Origin: Myxococcota bacterium
GTDB taxonomy: Bacteria; Myxococcota_A; SURF-8
Length of the DNA stretch: 64,000 bases
Direction of reading: 5' to 3'
NCBI GenBank assembly: GCA_963674735.2
Contig: CAXXQS010000001.1
Coordinates: forward strand, 448,001-512,000
The position numbers and the translations under genes are program-made. A model generated the notes under the pieces. The model had not been told where the DNA came from and did no database searches. It saw nothing but the letters and a program-made list of their open reading frames with translations. Below are positions 1 to 9,908 of this stretch, piece by piece (position 1 is the first letter of the stretch; each line of letters opens with the position of its first letter).

Positions 1-984
1 CGCTTCGATGCCGTCGTTTTGGCAATCGAGTTCCGAGTCGGGAGCCTCGCAAGCGCTGCGCAGATGAAGCAGGCTGTCGTAGCCGGTCGTGGTGAAGCCT
101 GCCCGCATGGGTTCGTCAAGCGTGATTTCGTATATGTGTTCCGGGCCGCTGTTGTACGGGCTGGCGCAGGAGCCGGATACGGCGTCGACCGAGAGCCGGG
201 TGTCGCCCTGGATCGTTTGCGATTCCGGAGTTAAAACGGCGGGCCAGGCGCAGGTTTGTCCGGCCATGGCGGGATCGGGGACGCACTGGTCGGCGTCCAA
301 CTCGTAGCCGAGATCGCAGTCGCAGCGCCAGTCGCCCGGTCCCAGGGGTACGCAGATCCGCCGGTGTTCCTCAGGGCAGGCGTTGTCATCGCAGGGATCA
401 TCGATGCAGAGGCCTTGTGACGCAACGAAAACCTGTCCGTTTTCGCAAAGGGCATCGATGCTCAGGGTGAAGGCTCCCGCCGCTTGTCGGTTGCCATCTA
501 CGAAAAGATAATAGGTTCCTTCCGGTAATTCGGTCTCCAGGCGTGAGCCGTTGAAGCCGAAACCATCGTCCTGACAGGCGATTTCCGACTGTGCATCCTG
601 GCAGTCTGCACGCAGATAAAGCACGGTGTCGAATCCCGAAGCGCGAAAAACAAACCGGACTGGTCCCGTCAAAGTGAAGGTGTAGACAATTTCCGAATCG
701 CTGCCGGTTTGGCAACTGCCCATGTGTTCATGGGCAAAACCGGTCGTGTCGGCTTCGAGCGGCGTTTGTCCGAGATCGAGAGGAAAGGGGTTGACGCAGG
801 TGCCATCGGGAGCAGGTTGCGTGTCCCCATCGGTGGCAGGATCGAGGTCGCCGTCGGCGGGGCTGTCACGCTCGGTGGGGTTGTCTATATCGCCATCGGA
901 AAAGTGGGGTCCACGATCCGTGCAGGCCGGTAGAAACAGCAGGGCCAACAAGGTCGGCAGCCACCATCGGGGCCGGTGTTTCAT
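1..984 (-). CDS. Lipoprotein with DGD linker, PPC-like and EGF-like Cys-rich modules (runs off window edge; paralog of the 1860-4442 N-terminal half)
   Basis: Not in the ORF track because it has no stop in the window. Manual translation from ATG at 984 (AAGGA upstream): MKHRPRWWLPTLLALLFLPAC-TDRGPHFSDGD...ADGD...TDGD...GFDTVLYLRADC...EIACQDDG...GTYYLFVDG...DDPC...CDCDLGY...GPEHIY...GYDSLLHLRSAC. Open to position 1. Confidence 0.85.
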   Translation of the reverse strand, partial: MKHRPRWWLPTLLALLFLPACTDRGPHFSDGDIDNPTERDSPADGDLDPATDGDTQPAPDGTCVNPFPLDLGQTPLEADTTGFAHEHMGSCQTGSDSEIVYTFTLTGPVRFVFRASGFDTVLYLRADCQDAQSEIACQDDGFGFNGSRLETELPEGTYYLFVDGNRQAAGAFTLSIDALCENGQVFVASQGLCIDDPCDDNACPEEHRRICVPLGPGDWRCDCDLGYELDADQCVPDPAMAGQTCAWPAVLTPESQTIQGDTRLSVDAVSGSCASPYNSGPEHIYEITLDEPMRAGFTTTGYDSLLHLRSACEAPDSELDCQNDGIEA

Positions 985-1241
985 TCCCCGATCCTTTTTG
1001 TCTCTTTGTGTCGTCCACATTGGGTAATCTTAACCGATTTTTCGGATCGTCTCCATAAGCTTTGTCGCGTTTAGAAGATTATCTTTCGACATCCTTCATT
1101 CTTCCCCAAAACCGGAGAATCGTTTCGAGCCGGAAACAAAATCGCGCAAAGCGCGTATTGAGCGCAAAGCCACTTTCTCAAATCGACTGAAAAGCGCTAC
1201 GGTAAATTGATGGATAAACCGAATGGAAAGGTGGAAGGATA

Positions 1242-2015
1242 ATGGAAAAAGTCAAAGTGGTTGGGTTGGCGGGGCGTGCAAAGGTAAATACCTCTTTTCG
1301 TTTTCACGACAGCGCTTGGGGTCGCTATGCACGATCAGCTTCGTGCCGGAGAAGAAGGACCGAGCGACGATGCAAACAGGAGGAAAAACGCGACATACCG
1401 GCAGATATCCTGGATGAGCTGCGGCAGTTTTTCTCGGACGAGGAGGGTGGCTGTCGCTTTTCTCCTTCACAATTACGCCGCCTTGCTCGGCAGGGCTTGG
1501 ACCTTCTCAGCATGGATTTTCAGACGGATGGATTTTGGACTGATGTGGATCGATTTCCGGAAAGGGTTTCGTTGTATCGCTACGCCTGGGTTTTGCGGGC
1601 TTGCGAGTTCGGCTACGAAATTCTGATTACGGCTGTTTTAGCCGCCTTGGAGGATATGCCGGAAAGAGCGGTCGATGTGCATCGGACCGTTCGGATTCTG
1701 GAGGCTTGTGCGGAGGTGTGCAGCAGACAATGCGCGGATTTGATGTATGAAGTGGGCGAGAGCGATTGTCGATGGGGTGGGAATGACGGGCTCGTTGCCG
1801 GAGGTGAAAAAGGAAGTCGATCCTCCCCCGGCACAAGCCGAGGGAGGGACCGATTGGAATTAGTTGGTAAAGGCAAGCAGGAAGTCGTCCCAGGTTGTGT
1901 GGTTGCTCCACACTGCGGCCGCCTGGATGTACTGGGTGTCGACGCTGCTGCTGTTGGACGGGAAGTAGATCGACAAGCCCGTGGCATTCGGATGCGACGA
2001 TTGGTTGAGGCTTAG
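1242..2015 (+). CDS. Hypothetical protein (uncertain; 3' end overlaps the convergent clostripain gene)
   Basis: 257-aa ORF with GGAAGGA upstream and a helical-looking core. The last ~52 codons are antisense to 1860-4442. Confidence 0.4.
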   Translation: MEKVKVVGLAGRAKVNTSFRFHDSAWGRYARSASCRRRRTERRCKQEEKRDIPADILDELRQFFSDEEGGCRFSPSQLRRLARQGLDLLSMDFQTDGFWTDVDRFPERVSLYRYAWVLRACEFGYEILITAVLAALEDMPERAVDVHRTVRILEACAEVCSRQCADLMYEVGESDCRWGGNDGLVAGGEKGSRSSPGTSRGRDRLELVGKGKQEVVPGCVVAPHCGRLDVLGVDAAAVGREVDRQARGIRMRRLVEA

Positions 2016-4442
2016 GATGACGGTGTCGTTCAATTGCGCGGTCAAAGCTTGTGCTGCGGAGACCACTGTCGCCGGAGCGCCGTCCAATGCGGCCAGGAGT
2101 TCGGCGAAATGACCGAGATCGCGGAATTCATCGTAGTAATACAACTGCTGTGTTTGGTCGCGGATCGTCTCGACCTGGCTGAAAATTTGCGGGTTGGCGA
2201 TCAGGGCGTTGGCCAGAGCGGAAAGGCGCGTGGAAAGATCGGGCAATTCGGCCAGATCGACAGCGGCCAGCGTCGAGTTTTCCGAGTTGTAGTCGTGATA
2301 GCTTTGTACGATGTTGATGGCCAGCGTTTCGGCTTCCATGGCGGGGTTGGCTACAAGCGGGGGCAGAAAATCATCGTACGACCAGCCGTGGACGGGTTCC
2401 GTTTCCTGGCTTGCGACAAAGACCTCGGCATAGGGCTGGGTCGCTTCGGCCACCTCCCACATCCCCATCAGGCAGGCATCGAAACCGACGAAGTCGAGCT
2501 TTTTGCCCAATGCCGCCTGGATGCGGTTCAGAGCGCGAGCATAATCGCCGTTCGACACGGAAATCTCGGGGTTGCTGGCTCCATGGTCGTCGTTGGAGAA
2601 GCCCTTGAACAAGGGATGTTCAAGGGGCTGGGACGATCTTTCCCAACCGGCACCATGATTCCACAGGACCAGCGCATGATGGCGTGCCGGGTACTCCGCA
2701 GCCGCCCATTCTCCAAACTCGGCCAGTGTATTCCAATCGGACATGTCCACTTCGCCGAGATTCTCGATCAACGTGGAGCCGCCCTGGGTGACGTACAAAT
2801 AACGTCCATCGCCGTTGTCTTGCGAGTAGCTGTCGAACAGGGTGACGATCGAGACGTTGGCGGTCGAACCGGCCTCGCCCATTTCGGCCAAGTCGTCGTA
2901 TCCATCGTCTTCCAGGTTGTTGTCGGCGTTCAGGAAAACGAAGAAGGCCCACTCGGCGGCCGAGGTATCTTCAATGCAGATTCCGCCGGGGGTTTGCTCG
3001 ACGAAGCCGACGTTGCAGGAGCAGGAAAAACTGCCGGGCAGGTTTATTTCACAGCGATTGCGCCCTGCCGTGTTGCAGGGGTTGGGATCGCAGGGATCAT
3101 CGACGCAACTGCTGTTGTAAGGCAGGGTTCCCGCCGGGCAGACGCACTCGTAACTTGACCAGTCAATCGCCGCTTCGCATTCCGGCAAGCCGGGGCACGG
3201 GTCGGCGGCGCAGGGATCGGAACGGGAGAGGGTATCCAATGTGTAGGTTCCCGGATCGCTGTAGCTGTCTGCGAAAAGGTAGTACGTTCCGGCGTTGAGG
3301 AAACCCGACAGCGCTGAACCGTGGTCTTCGAGGGCGTCGTCGTTGCAGGCGATTTCCGTGTTTACATCCGTGCAAGTGCTGCGCATGTGCAGAACGGAAT
3401 CGAATCCGGACATCTCGAAGCGCAGGTATCGGCGTTCGGCCAGCGTGAAGGTGTAGATGCGGTCGGGGCCTTCGCTCGACCAGGATAAACAGCTTCCGTT
3501 GCCGGAATTCGCTGCGCCCGAGGTGGACCCGCTGACGTTTCCTTCCCCAAGAGCGAGCGGAATCGGGTCGCTGCAATCCGTGCCCGTGGCCACGTGTTCC
3601 AACACGCATTGTCCCTCTTCCATCACATAGCCGCTGTCGCAGTCGCAGCTGAAACTGCTGGGAAGCTCGGGAATACAGGTGGTTTGAAGCGGCGTGGTGC
3701 AGGGGTTGGGGTAACAGGGATCGGGGACGCAGTCGCCGGTGGATGGGTCGGAAACCTCACCTTGGCTGCAAACGATTTCGATTTCGAGAGAATAGGCTCC
3801 GGCATTTTGTCCGAAACCGTCGACAAACAGGAAGTAGCTCCCCGCTTGAAGCTCGACATCGAGATAAGCGGCGTGTTCACCGCCGTCGTCGTCGTCGCAG
3901 TCGATTTCCGTGGCGATCTGTTCGCAGGAACTGCGCAGGTACATCACGGTATCGAAACCATTGGCGCGTAGCTTCAAGTGAGTCGGTTCCGCGAGCGTCA
4001 ATTGATAGACGCGCTCTTCGCTGGTGTCGGCCTGGCAGGAACCCTCATAGTCGTTACCTGCATTGTTTGTATTACCTGAAATCGCTCCGGGCTTGGCTTC
4101 CAAAGGCAGGGGATCGTTGCAGGACCGACCTTCCGGGGGCGTATCGCCGTCCGTGGGATCGTCACCGTCAGTGGGCGTGTCACCGTCCGTGGGATCGTCG
4201 CCGTCCGTAGGGATATCGCCGTCCGTGGGATCGTCGCCGTCTGTGGGACTATCGCCGTCCGTAGGATCGTCCCCATCGGGCATGGGTAGCCAGATGTCGA
4301 AGTCGTTGTCCTGGTCTCCGTCACCGGATTCATCGGGATCCGGGTCGTCTTGATCGTCTGATGAATTGGATTCCGTTCCGAGGCAGGCTGTCAGGGAAAC
4401 CGTAATCAGTAACAAGATGAAAAACAAGGTGTGACGTAACAT
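1860..4442 (-). CDS. Lipoprotein: PTDGD repeats + 2 PPC-like + EGF-like modules + C-terminal clostripain (peptidase C11) domain
   Basis: Lipobox SLTAC. C11 motifs FLNADNNLE, LWNHGAGW (catalytic His), GFDACLMG (catalytic Cys), VASQETEP. Start at ATG 4442 after AAAGGA. Confidence 0.85.
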   Translation of the reverse strand: MLRHTLFFILLLITVSLTACLGTESNSSDDQDDPDPDESGDGDQDNDFDIWLPMPDGDDPTDGDSPTDGDDPTDGDIPTDGDDPTDGDTPTDGDDPTDGDTPPEGRSCNDPLPLEAKPGAISGNTNNAGNDYEGSCQADTSEERVYQLTLAEPTHLKLRANGFDTVMYLRSSCEQIATEIDCDDDDGGEHAAYLDVELQAGSYFLFVDGFGQNAGAYSLEIEIVCSQGEVSDPSTGDCVPDPCYPNPCTTPLQTTCIPELPSSFSCDCDSGYVMEEGQCVLEHVATGTDCSDPIPLALGEGNVSGSTSGAANSGNGSCLSWSSEGPDRIYTFTLAERRYLRFEMSGFDSVLHMRSTCTDVNTEIACNDDALEDHGSALSGFLNAGTYYLFADSYSDPGTYTLDTLSRSDPCAADPCPGLPECEAAIDWSSYECVCPAGTLPYNSSCVDDPCDPNPCNTAGRNRCEINLPGSFSCSCNVGFVEQTPGGICIEDTSAAEWAFFVFLNADNNLEDDGYDDLAEMGEAGSTANVSIVTLFDSYSQDNGDGRYLYVTQGGSTLIENLGEVDMSDWNTLAEFGEWAAAEYPARHHALVLWNHGAGWERSSQPLEHPLFKGFSNDDHGASNPEISVSNGDYARALNRIQAALGKKLDFVGFDACLMGMWEVAEATQPYAEVFVASQETEPVHGWSYDDFLPPLVANPAMEAETLAINIVQSYHDYNSENSTLAAVDLAELPDLSTRLSALANALIANPQIFSQVETIRDQTQQLYYYDEFRDLGHFAELLAALDGAPATVVSAAQALTAQLNDTVILSLNQSSHPNATGLSIYFPSNSSSVDTQYIQAAAVWSNHTTWDDFLLAFTN
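4140..4281 (-). repeat. 18-bp coding tandem repeat (PTDGD[D/T/S/I]) x7
   Basis: Units such as atcgtcgccgtccgtggg recur on the + strand. Confidence 0.9.
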
Positions 4443-4631
4443 GGCCGGGGATCCTTTCATATCACATTGAGCATGGGCGGAGTCGGTTGGATGTCACCGT
4501 GCAATGGACGTGCGCAAACGGATCGGATTCCGCTCTCACGCAGTGGAACAATTCTGACGCGAAATGATACACCATCGAAGTCGATTGGGAAAGTCCAAAG
4601 AGCGAGAAAATCGTCAGCTTCGGGTTGGTGC

Positions 4632-5279
4632 TCAAGGTGTTTGGTTTCTTAGTATTCTGATGTTTAGTAGGGTTTTATCGGCTTCATCTTGCTGATCTTC
4701 TTCGACGAAAATCTGCAGCGCGGCTTCCAGATAACGGAGAGCTTTCGGGGTGTCGTGCATCTCGGCAGACACGATTCCCAAGTTCGCTTGGTCGCGGGCA
4801 TGTCCGAGACGGTCTTGGCCCTCCAGATGCAAGGTCGAAGCCCGCTGAAAACAGTGAGTTGCCGCTTCCAGGTTTCGGGTTCGCAGATAGATTGCGCCCA
4901 TGTTGCCGAAATCATGGGCTTCGGCTCGTGAATCTCCCTTTTCCATATGGATAAGAGATAGCAGATTCGCAATCTTGAGAGCGGGCGAAAACCGCGCTTG
5001 TTTCATCAGGAATTCCACCCAGTTTTCGAGAACTTGGCTCTGCACGCTCTCGGACAAAACGGGGTTGCTGGTCAGACATGCGTGGCTCACCGTGCAGAAT
5101 GGGGACGGCTTGCAGGCGGAAAGAATTTCGTCAACGGTGAAACCGGTCATGTCCGATACACTGTGAACGTCTATGCCGTCGTTTCCGAAGCCGACCGCGG
5201 CGAGCCAGGCAAGCGCCGCAAGAGAATCGGGACTTTCGTTGTTCTGATTCACGTCCAAAACAGGCATGTTTTCTCTCAT
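4632..5279 (-). CDS. Tetratricopeptide repeat protein
   Basis: TPR-like helices: EAHDFGNMGAIY...A..CFQRA, ARDQANLGIV...ALRYLEAALQIF. Confidence 0.75.
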   Translation of the reverse strand: MRENMPVLDVNQNNESPDSLAALAWLAAVGFGNDGIDVHSVSDMTGFTVDEILSACKPSPFCTVSHACLTSNPVLSESVQSQVLENWVEFLMKQARFSPALKIANLLSLIHMEKGDSRAEAHDFGNMGAIYLRTRNLEAATHCFQRASTLHLEGQDRLGHARDQANLGIVSAEMHDTPKALRYLEAALQIFVEEDQQDEADKTLLNIRILRNQTP

Positions 5280-5476
5280 TCACTTGGCAAAGCGACCCAC
5301 TCGGCGCATCGATTGTGTTTTCTCGTGCGGTCGCTGTCAACTATATACGGCATTCCGTTCGCATTCTTCAGTCATTATGCCTTTTCCTTTTCGGGAGGCA
5401 GCGGAAAAAAGCGTTGTGGTCCTTGGTTTTACGTGGTTTTCAAGTTAGGATACGAGCAACGGAATGGAGTTCCATT

Positions 5477-6760
5477 GTGACTGCAGAGAAAAACGTCGTT
5501 ATCTTAAGACCTTCTCCTCATATCGGTCGCTATTGGGGGGGGAGCGGCGTGGCGCCGTTTCCGCTTTGGTCGGCCTATGCGGCCGCCACTTTGCGAAAAA
5601 AGGGGTGGTCGCCGATTTTGATCGATAGCTGGGCGAAACCGGTTCGTCCGATGGACATTCGTGACACCATCCGGGCGAAGTCGCGCGACATGGTCGTGAT
5701 CGAAGCCGATTTCTTCAATCTTTTGCAAATGGGGCGCTTGATTCGCTATCTGCGTCTCAATTTCGGCAATCATTGCAAACTGATCGCCATCGGACCGTCA
5801 ATCGGTGCTCGTAGCGACGCCTTGCTGCAGCCGGTCGGTGGATTCGACGCGGCGGTAACGGGGATTCCCGGGACGTCTTTGGCCGATCTTTGCGAGTGTA
5901 TTAATAAAGGCGAACGATTCGAGGAATCTCGGGGCGTCTGCTGGTATGAACCCCTGACGGGCCTTGCTCAATACGGCGGCGATTTCTCGGGTGATGAGGG
6001 AGACGGCATTCAACCGGCCGAGATGCATCGGGAGCTTTCGCGGATGGTTTATGGCCCGGCGGCTTCTAACATGGGTTTGAGCTTGGGAATGCCTTGTGGG
6101 ACGATCCGCCGGGATTGGTGGTCCAACCATCGCCCGGAACAGCTTGCTCGGCTGGCGACCGATTTGGTTCAACGTTATCGGCTGCGGATGCTGGAATGGG
6201 CTGATAAGGAATTCTTGGACGATCCGGCGTACACACACGGGCTGCTGACCGTCTTGGCGGGTCAGCCGGAGAAATTTCCGTGGTTGGCGTACACCCGGAG
6301 CGCGTCCGTTGAGGCTGCGACCATAGATCTCTTGCGTAAGGCGGGTTGTCGAGCTTTGCAAATCAACCTTCCGAGTGAACCGGACATGGCGACTCCGGAT
6401 AGGCTCGCAGGACTGAGTGAAATGATTTCACTTTTGGGTGATCGCGGGATTCTGTCGTTTATCGGGTGGCCGGTGAGCGGAGATGCGAAATGCGACATTC
6501 AGCCAGGCGAGCTTTTTAAAGCGGTCATCCCTTTCATGAAACAAGGGGCTTTGGTCGATTTTCAGCCTAAAGACATCGATTCCATTGCTCCTGCCTGGGA
6601 CTTGCAGCGCAGAGCGACCTTGACCTTTTTGAAAGGGCAAATCGTATCGCGTCGTAGCGAGGTATTTAAAGATCTCGGTGGGGTTGATGGAATGAAACGG
6701 CAACTTCGCCGTTTGCTGGTACCACTGGACGGATTTCCGCCGATTTTTCCCATGTGGTGA
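5477..6760 (+). CDS. B12-binding/radical SAM-like protein lacking the CxxxCxxC motif
   Basis: N-terminal PLWSAYAAATLRKKG..ILID resembles a B12-binding domain. Downstream WADKEF and W...TRS...LLRKAGC resemble the class B radical SAM barrel. GTG start at 5477 after GGAG. Confidence 0.65.
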   Translation: MTAEKNVVILRPSPHIGRYWGGSGVAPFPLWSAYAAATLRKKGWSPILIDSWAKPVRPMDIRDTIRAKSRDMVVIEADFFNLLQMGRLIRYLRLNFGNHCKLIAIGPSIGARSDALLQPVGGFDAAVTGIPGTSLADLCECINKGERFEESRGVCWYEPLTGLAQYGGDFSGDEGDGIQPAEMHRELSRMVYGPAASNMGLSLGMPCGTIRRDWWSNHRPEQLARLATDLVQRYRLRMLEWADKEFLDDPAYTHGLLTVLAGQPEKFPWLAYTRSASVEAATIDLLRKAGCRALQINLPSEPDMATPDRLAGLSEMISLLGDRGILSFIGWPVSGDAKCDIQPGELFKAVIPFMKQGALVDFQPKDIDSIAPAWDLQRRATLTFLKGQIVSRRSEVFKDLGGVDGMKRQLRRLLVPLDGFPPIFPMW

Positions 6761-6775
6761 TCAAGTCAGGATGCG

Positions 6776-8581
6776 TCAGGGCTGGCGCGCCAGCTTCTTT
6801 TGCTTGTCGGCATAGCGCGCGATACCGGCTGCGATACCTTTCGCGAGTGTTTCCTGATATTTTTCGCTTCTAAGCCGCTTTTCTTCGGTGGGATTCGAAA
6901 TAAACGAGGCTTCCACCAGGACCGCTGGCATGCGGGCATAAAGCAGGACGTGGAATAGAGCCCGTCGAACACCACGATCCACGGTGTCCTTGTAAAGACG
7001 AGTCGCTCGTTTCACCATGGATTTCTGAATCAAATCCGCCAGCATGATGGAATCCGCCACGTTGACGTTCATGGAAAGATCGGAAAGGATGAATTCCAGG
7101 TCGGAAACCTGTTTGCCGAGTTGCTGGTTTTCGCGAGTGGCCAGACGTTCGGAATACCGATCGGTAGAGTTATTCAGGTAAAAGGTCTCAATTCCTCGGT
7201 GCTTACGCTTTCTATTCGCGTTGCAATGAATCGAAACAAACAGATCGGCGTTGCGTTCATTGGCAATGTCGGTTCGATCGAACAGGGGCAGGTAGGTGTC
7301 GTCTTTGCGTGTCAAGACCACCTGAATCCCGTATTCCTTTTCGAGTATTCGCTTGAGTCGTTTGGAAAGCTTGAGAACGATGTCTTTTTCACGGGTTCCA
7401 CTTGCTCCACGTGCACCGTCGTCATCGCCTCCATGACCCGGATCGATCACCACCAGCTTGACGTCCCGGCTACTGGTGGAACGGGTTTGGGACGGAATGA
7501 GGTTGGCGATGGGATCGCTTGAGGAATCGGTTTGACGAGCGTCTACAGGGGCGGTAGCGCCTTTTATTTCGACGTTGTTGAATGTGATCGTTGCGGATGG
7601 AGGAGACATGCCGTTTGTGAAATGAAATTTTCCTGCGCCGGGAGTCGTTTCGAAAACGATGCGGACCACGTTGTCCTGGTATTGTCCGAGTCGTACACGC
7701 GCGATTCTCGCGTCGTCGACCGCCACTTCGGTGGGGACGCCCGGGTCCAGTTTCGTTTCGCTGAAGTCGAAATAGACGCGTCGCGGCGAACCGTTCGTTG
7801 CTGGAATGCTTCCGTAAGACATGGAACCGAAACGGGAGAGAACCATTTTCAGCTGAGTGGACTCAGTGGTGGTTTTGACCTGAACCGTCTTGACACGGAC
7901 GACATCACTGGAAGGTTGGATCAACTTGCCACTGGACGACGCCAGATCCGCTTCTGTCGGGTGGGGTGAATTTGCCTTTGCTGTTCGCTTGGTCATCTCT
8001 TTGTGGGGGAGCGGCCACTGCCCCCCGAGTTCCAGCAGCAATTTCTTGCTTTTCGCATGCATGTCGCCTTTGGGGAAGCGTTCCAAAGCGCGTGTCAGCA
8101 GCTCTTTCGCACGGTTTTTTTCTCCAAGCTTAACCGACATCGTCGCGGCCCAGTAAAGGCCATCGTCCGCCAAACGGGTATCTCCGCAGCGGGCGGAGAG
8201 CTTTTCGAAAGCCTGGATCGCGGCGCGCCGATCTTTGTCGGCATAAGAAATCAGGCTTAGATCCATATACAAGTTTCCGATATTGTACAAGGAATCGCAG
8301 GTTCGGCGGTGATTGGGGTGGCGTTTGACAATTCGCTCGAAGCGCGAGATGACCGAAAACCATTTATCCCGGTATTTATGCAGGTTTGGATGTTTCTCAA
8401 AGCGGGTCAGAGCGGCTTTCGCGGTTTCATATTCCTGGTCCGCTCCAGCCCAGGCCATCTTCAAACTGAAAGGATTTGCCAGCAGCCAAATCAGGATCAA
8501 CAACCAACCGGTCATGCGTGTGTATTTCATGAGCAGCAACGAACTTCCACCCTTTTTGTCGGCATTTTCAATTTCATCCAC
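6776..8581 (-). CDS. amiC: N-acetylmuramoyl-L-alanine amidase (TPR + AMIN + Amidase_3)
   Basis: VVIDPGHGG, EKDIVL, LFVSIHCNA, AVLVEASFISN. AMIN-like VRLGQY..NVVRIVFE. Confidence 0.85.
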   Translation of the reverse strand: MDEIENADKKGGSSLLLMKYTRMTGWLLILIWLLANPFSLKMAWAGADQEYETAKAALTRFEKHPNLHKYRDKWFSVISRFERIVKRHPNHRRTCDSLYNIGNLYMDLSLISYADKDRRAAIQAFEKLSARCGDTRLADDGLYWAATMSVKLGEKNRAKELLTRALERFPKGDMHAKSKKLLLELGGQWPLPHKEMTKRTAKANSPHPTEADLASSSGKLIQPSSDVVRVKTVQVKTTTESTQLKMVLSRFGSMSYGSIPATNGSPRRVYFDFSETKLDPGVPTEVAVDDARIARVRLGQYQDNVVRIVFETTPGAGKFHFTNGMSPPSATITFNNVEIKGATAPVDARQTDSSSDPIANLIPSQTRSTSSRDVKLVVIDPGHGGDDDGARGASGTREKDIVLKLSKRLKRILEKEYGIQVVLTRKDDTYLPLFDRTDIANERNADLFVSIHCNANRKRKHRGIETFYLNNSTDRYSERLATRENQQLGKQVSDLEFILSDLSMNVNVADSIMLADLIQKSMVKRATRLYKDTVDRGVRRALFHVLLYARMPAVLVEASFISNPTEEKRLRSEKYQETLAKGIAAGIARYADKQKKLARQP

Positions 8582-8687
8582 TCAGTGTATCCTATCATAC
8601 AATGAGTATAAAAATCAACACGTTATATGGCTTACCAAGCGAAATGTCAAGAGCGGTAGCATGGAATCGGCCGGGAGAGATAAGGGG

Positions 8688-9749
8688 TTACAACACCAAT
8701 GATCCGAGGCATTTCCACTGAAATGAAAGATTCAACCGGCTTTTATTGGCGACGTCAAATGCATGTCCGTCGTTGAAAGAAAAGCGTTGGCGTTGCAAAC
8801 GGGATTTATCCCCCATGAGTATTCGCACGCATTGAGCTACCGACTCAGCCAGGGAGCCGGGGTGATAACCGCCTTCCAAAAAAAAGACGATCCGCCCATC
8901 GCAAACGCGATCCGCGACCTCGACCAGCATGTCGGCGATTTGCGTGATGGCGCTTGTGGACACATCCATTCCACCGATGGGGTCCAGTTGATGAATATCG
9001 AAGCCTGCCGATACCAGGATGAAATCAGGCTGGTATTCTTCCACGATGGGGATGACCATGTATTCGTAAAGCGGCAGATATTCGGTGTCTCCCAAACCGG
9101 CGGGGAGGGGAATATTCACCGTGAAACCGGCCCCGAGTCCGTTCCCGATTTCCTTCGCCTTGCCGGTTCCGGGGAAGTAGGGATACTGATGGGTGGAGCA
9201 ATAGAGAATATCCGGCCGGTCGTAGAACGAGGCTTGTGTCCCGTTCCCATGATGCACATCGAAATCGACGATGGCAATTTTTTTGGGACGTCGGTGCCGA
9301 ACCAGATACTCGGCGGTAATCGCAATGTTGTTGAACAGGCAGAAGCCCATGGTCCGGTCGTAGAGGGCGTGGTGCCCCGGCGGACGGCTCAGCAGGAAGC
9401 CGTTGTCGATTTGACCGTCGAGGACGGCTTGAGCAAGCGCAATACCCGAACCGGCGGCATTCGCGGCGGCTTCGAAGCTTTTTTCGGTGGCCCATGTGTC
9501 GGGATCGAACGAAACGAAGGGCCAGCCCGCAGACGACGCGATTCGTTCGTAGTGAAGTTTCATATGATTGAGGTAGATATCTTCTTCGGTGGCTTGGCGG
9601 ATCGGAATGCGTGTGACTTTTTCGAACAAGCCCTCGGCTTCGAGCTCCTGATAGACCGCGACCAGGCGTGCGGGACTTTCAGGATGGCCATTGGGATCAC
9701 GGAGGTGTTCGATAAACAGAGGATCCCACACGAGGCCGGTTCGCTTCAT
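8688..9749 (-). CDS. Histone deacetylase family protein
   Basis: HPESPARL, RPPGHHA, GFCLFNN, DFDVHHGNGT, SAGFD, LEGGY. Confidence 0.95.
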   Translation of the reverse strand: MKRTGLVWDPLFIEHLRDPNGHPESPARLVAVYQELEAEGLFEKVTRIPIRQATEEDIYLNHMKLHYERIASSAGWPFVSFDPDTWATEKSFEAAANAAGSGIALAQAVLDGQIDNGFLLSRPPGHHALYDRTMGFCLFNNIAITAEYLVRHRRPKKIAIVDFDVHHGNGTQASFYDRPDILYCSTHQYPYFPGTGKAKEIGNGLGAGFTVNIPLPAGLGDTEYLPLYEYMVIPIVEEYQPDFILVSAGFDIHQLDPIGGMDVSTSAITQIADMLVEVADRVCDGRIVFFLEGGYHPGSLAESVAQCVRILMGDKSRLQRQRFSFNDGHAFDVANKSRLNLSFQWKCLGSLVL

Positions 9750-9857
9750 CGCATGTCTTTCGAGTGCTTAGGATTTATCACCATCCCCTATAGGAATACG
9801 ATACGGCGAGGAATACGGAGAGTCAAGGGAATTTCACCGTGTTTACACATGGGGTAC

Positions 9858-9885
9858 AAAAAAAGCGCCGGGAATGCCGGCGCTT
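9858..9885 (-). terminator. Intrinsic terminator after pnp
   Basis: aagcgccgg-gaatg-ccggcgctt hairpin followed by a U-run on the minus strand. Confidence 0.8.
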
Positions 9886-9908
9886 CATAAAAGACTAGAA
9901 TTATTCGA

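Noticed and set aside
1144-1170. gcgcaaagc direct repeat as an operator
   Set aside because: Only two copies, no identifiable regulator; could be chance.
2034-3158. Long antisense ORFs (also 8763-9890, 10020-11249, 23056-24180, 38472-39569, 39653-41008)
   Set aside because: Shadows of well-supported opposite-strand genes, expected in GC-rich DNA.
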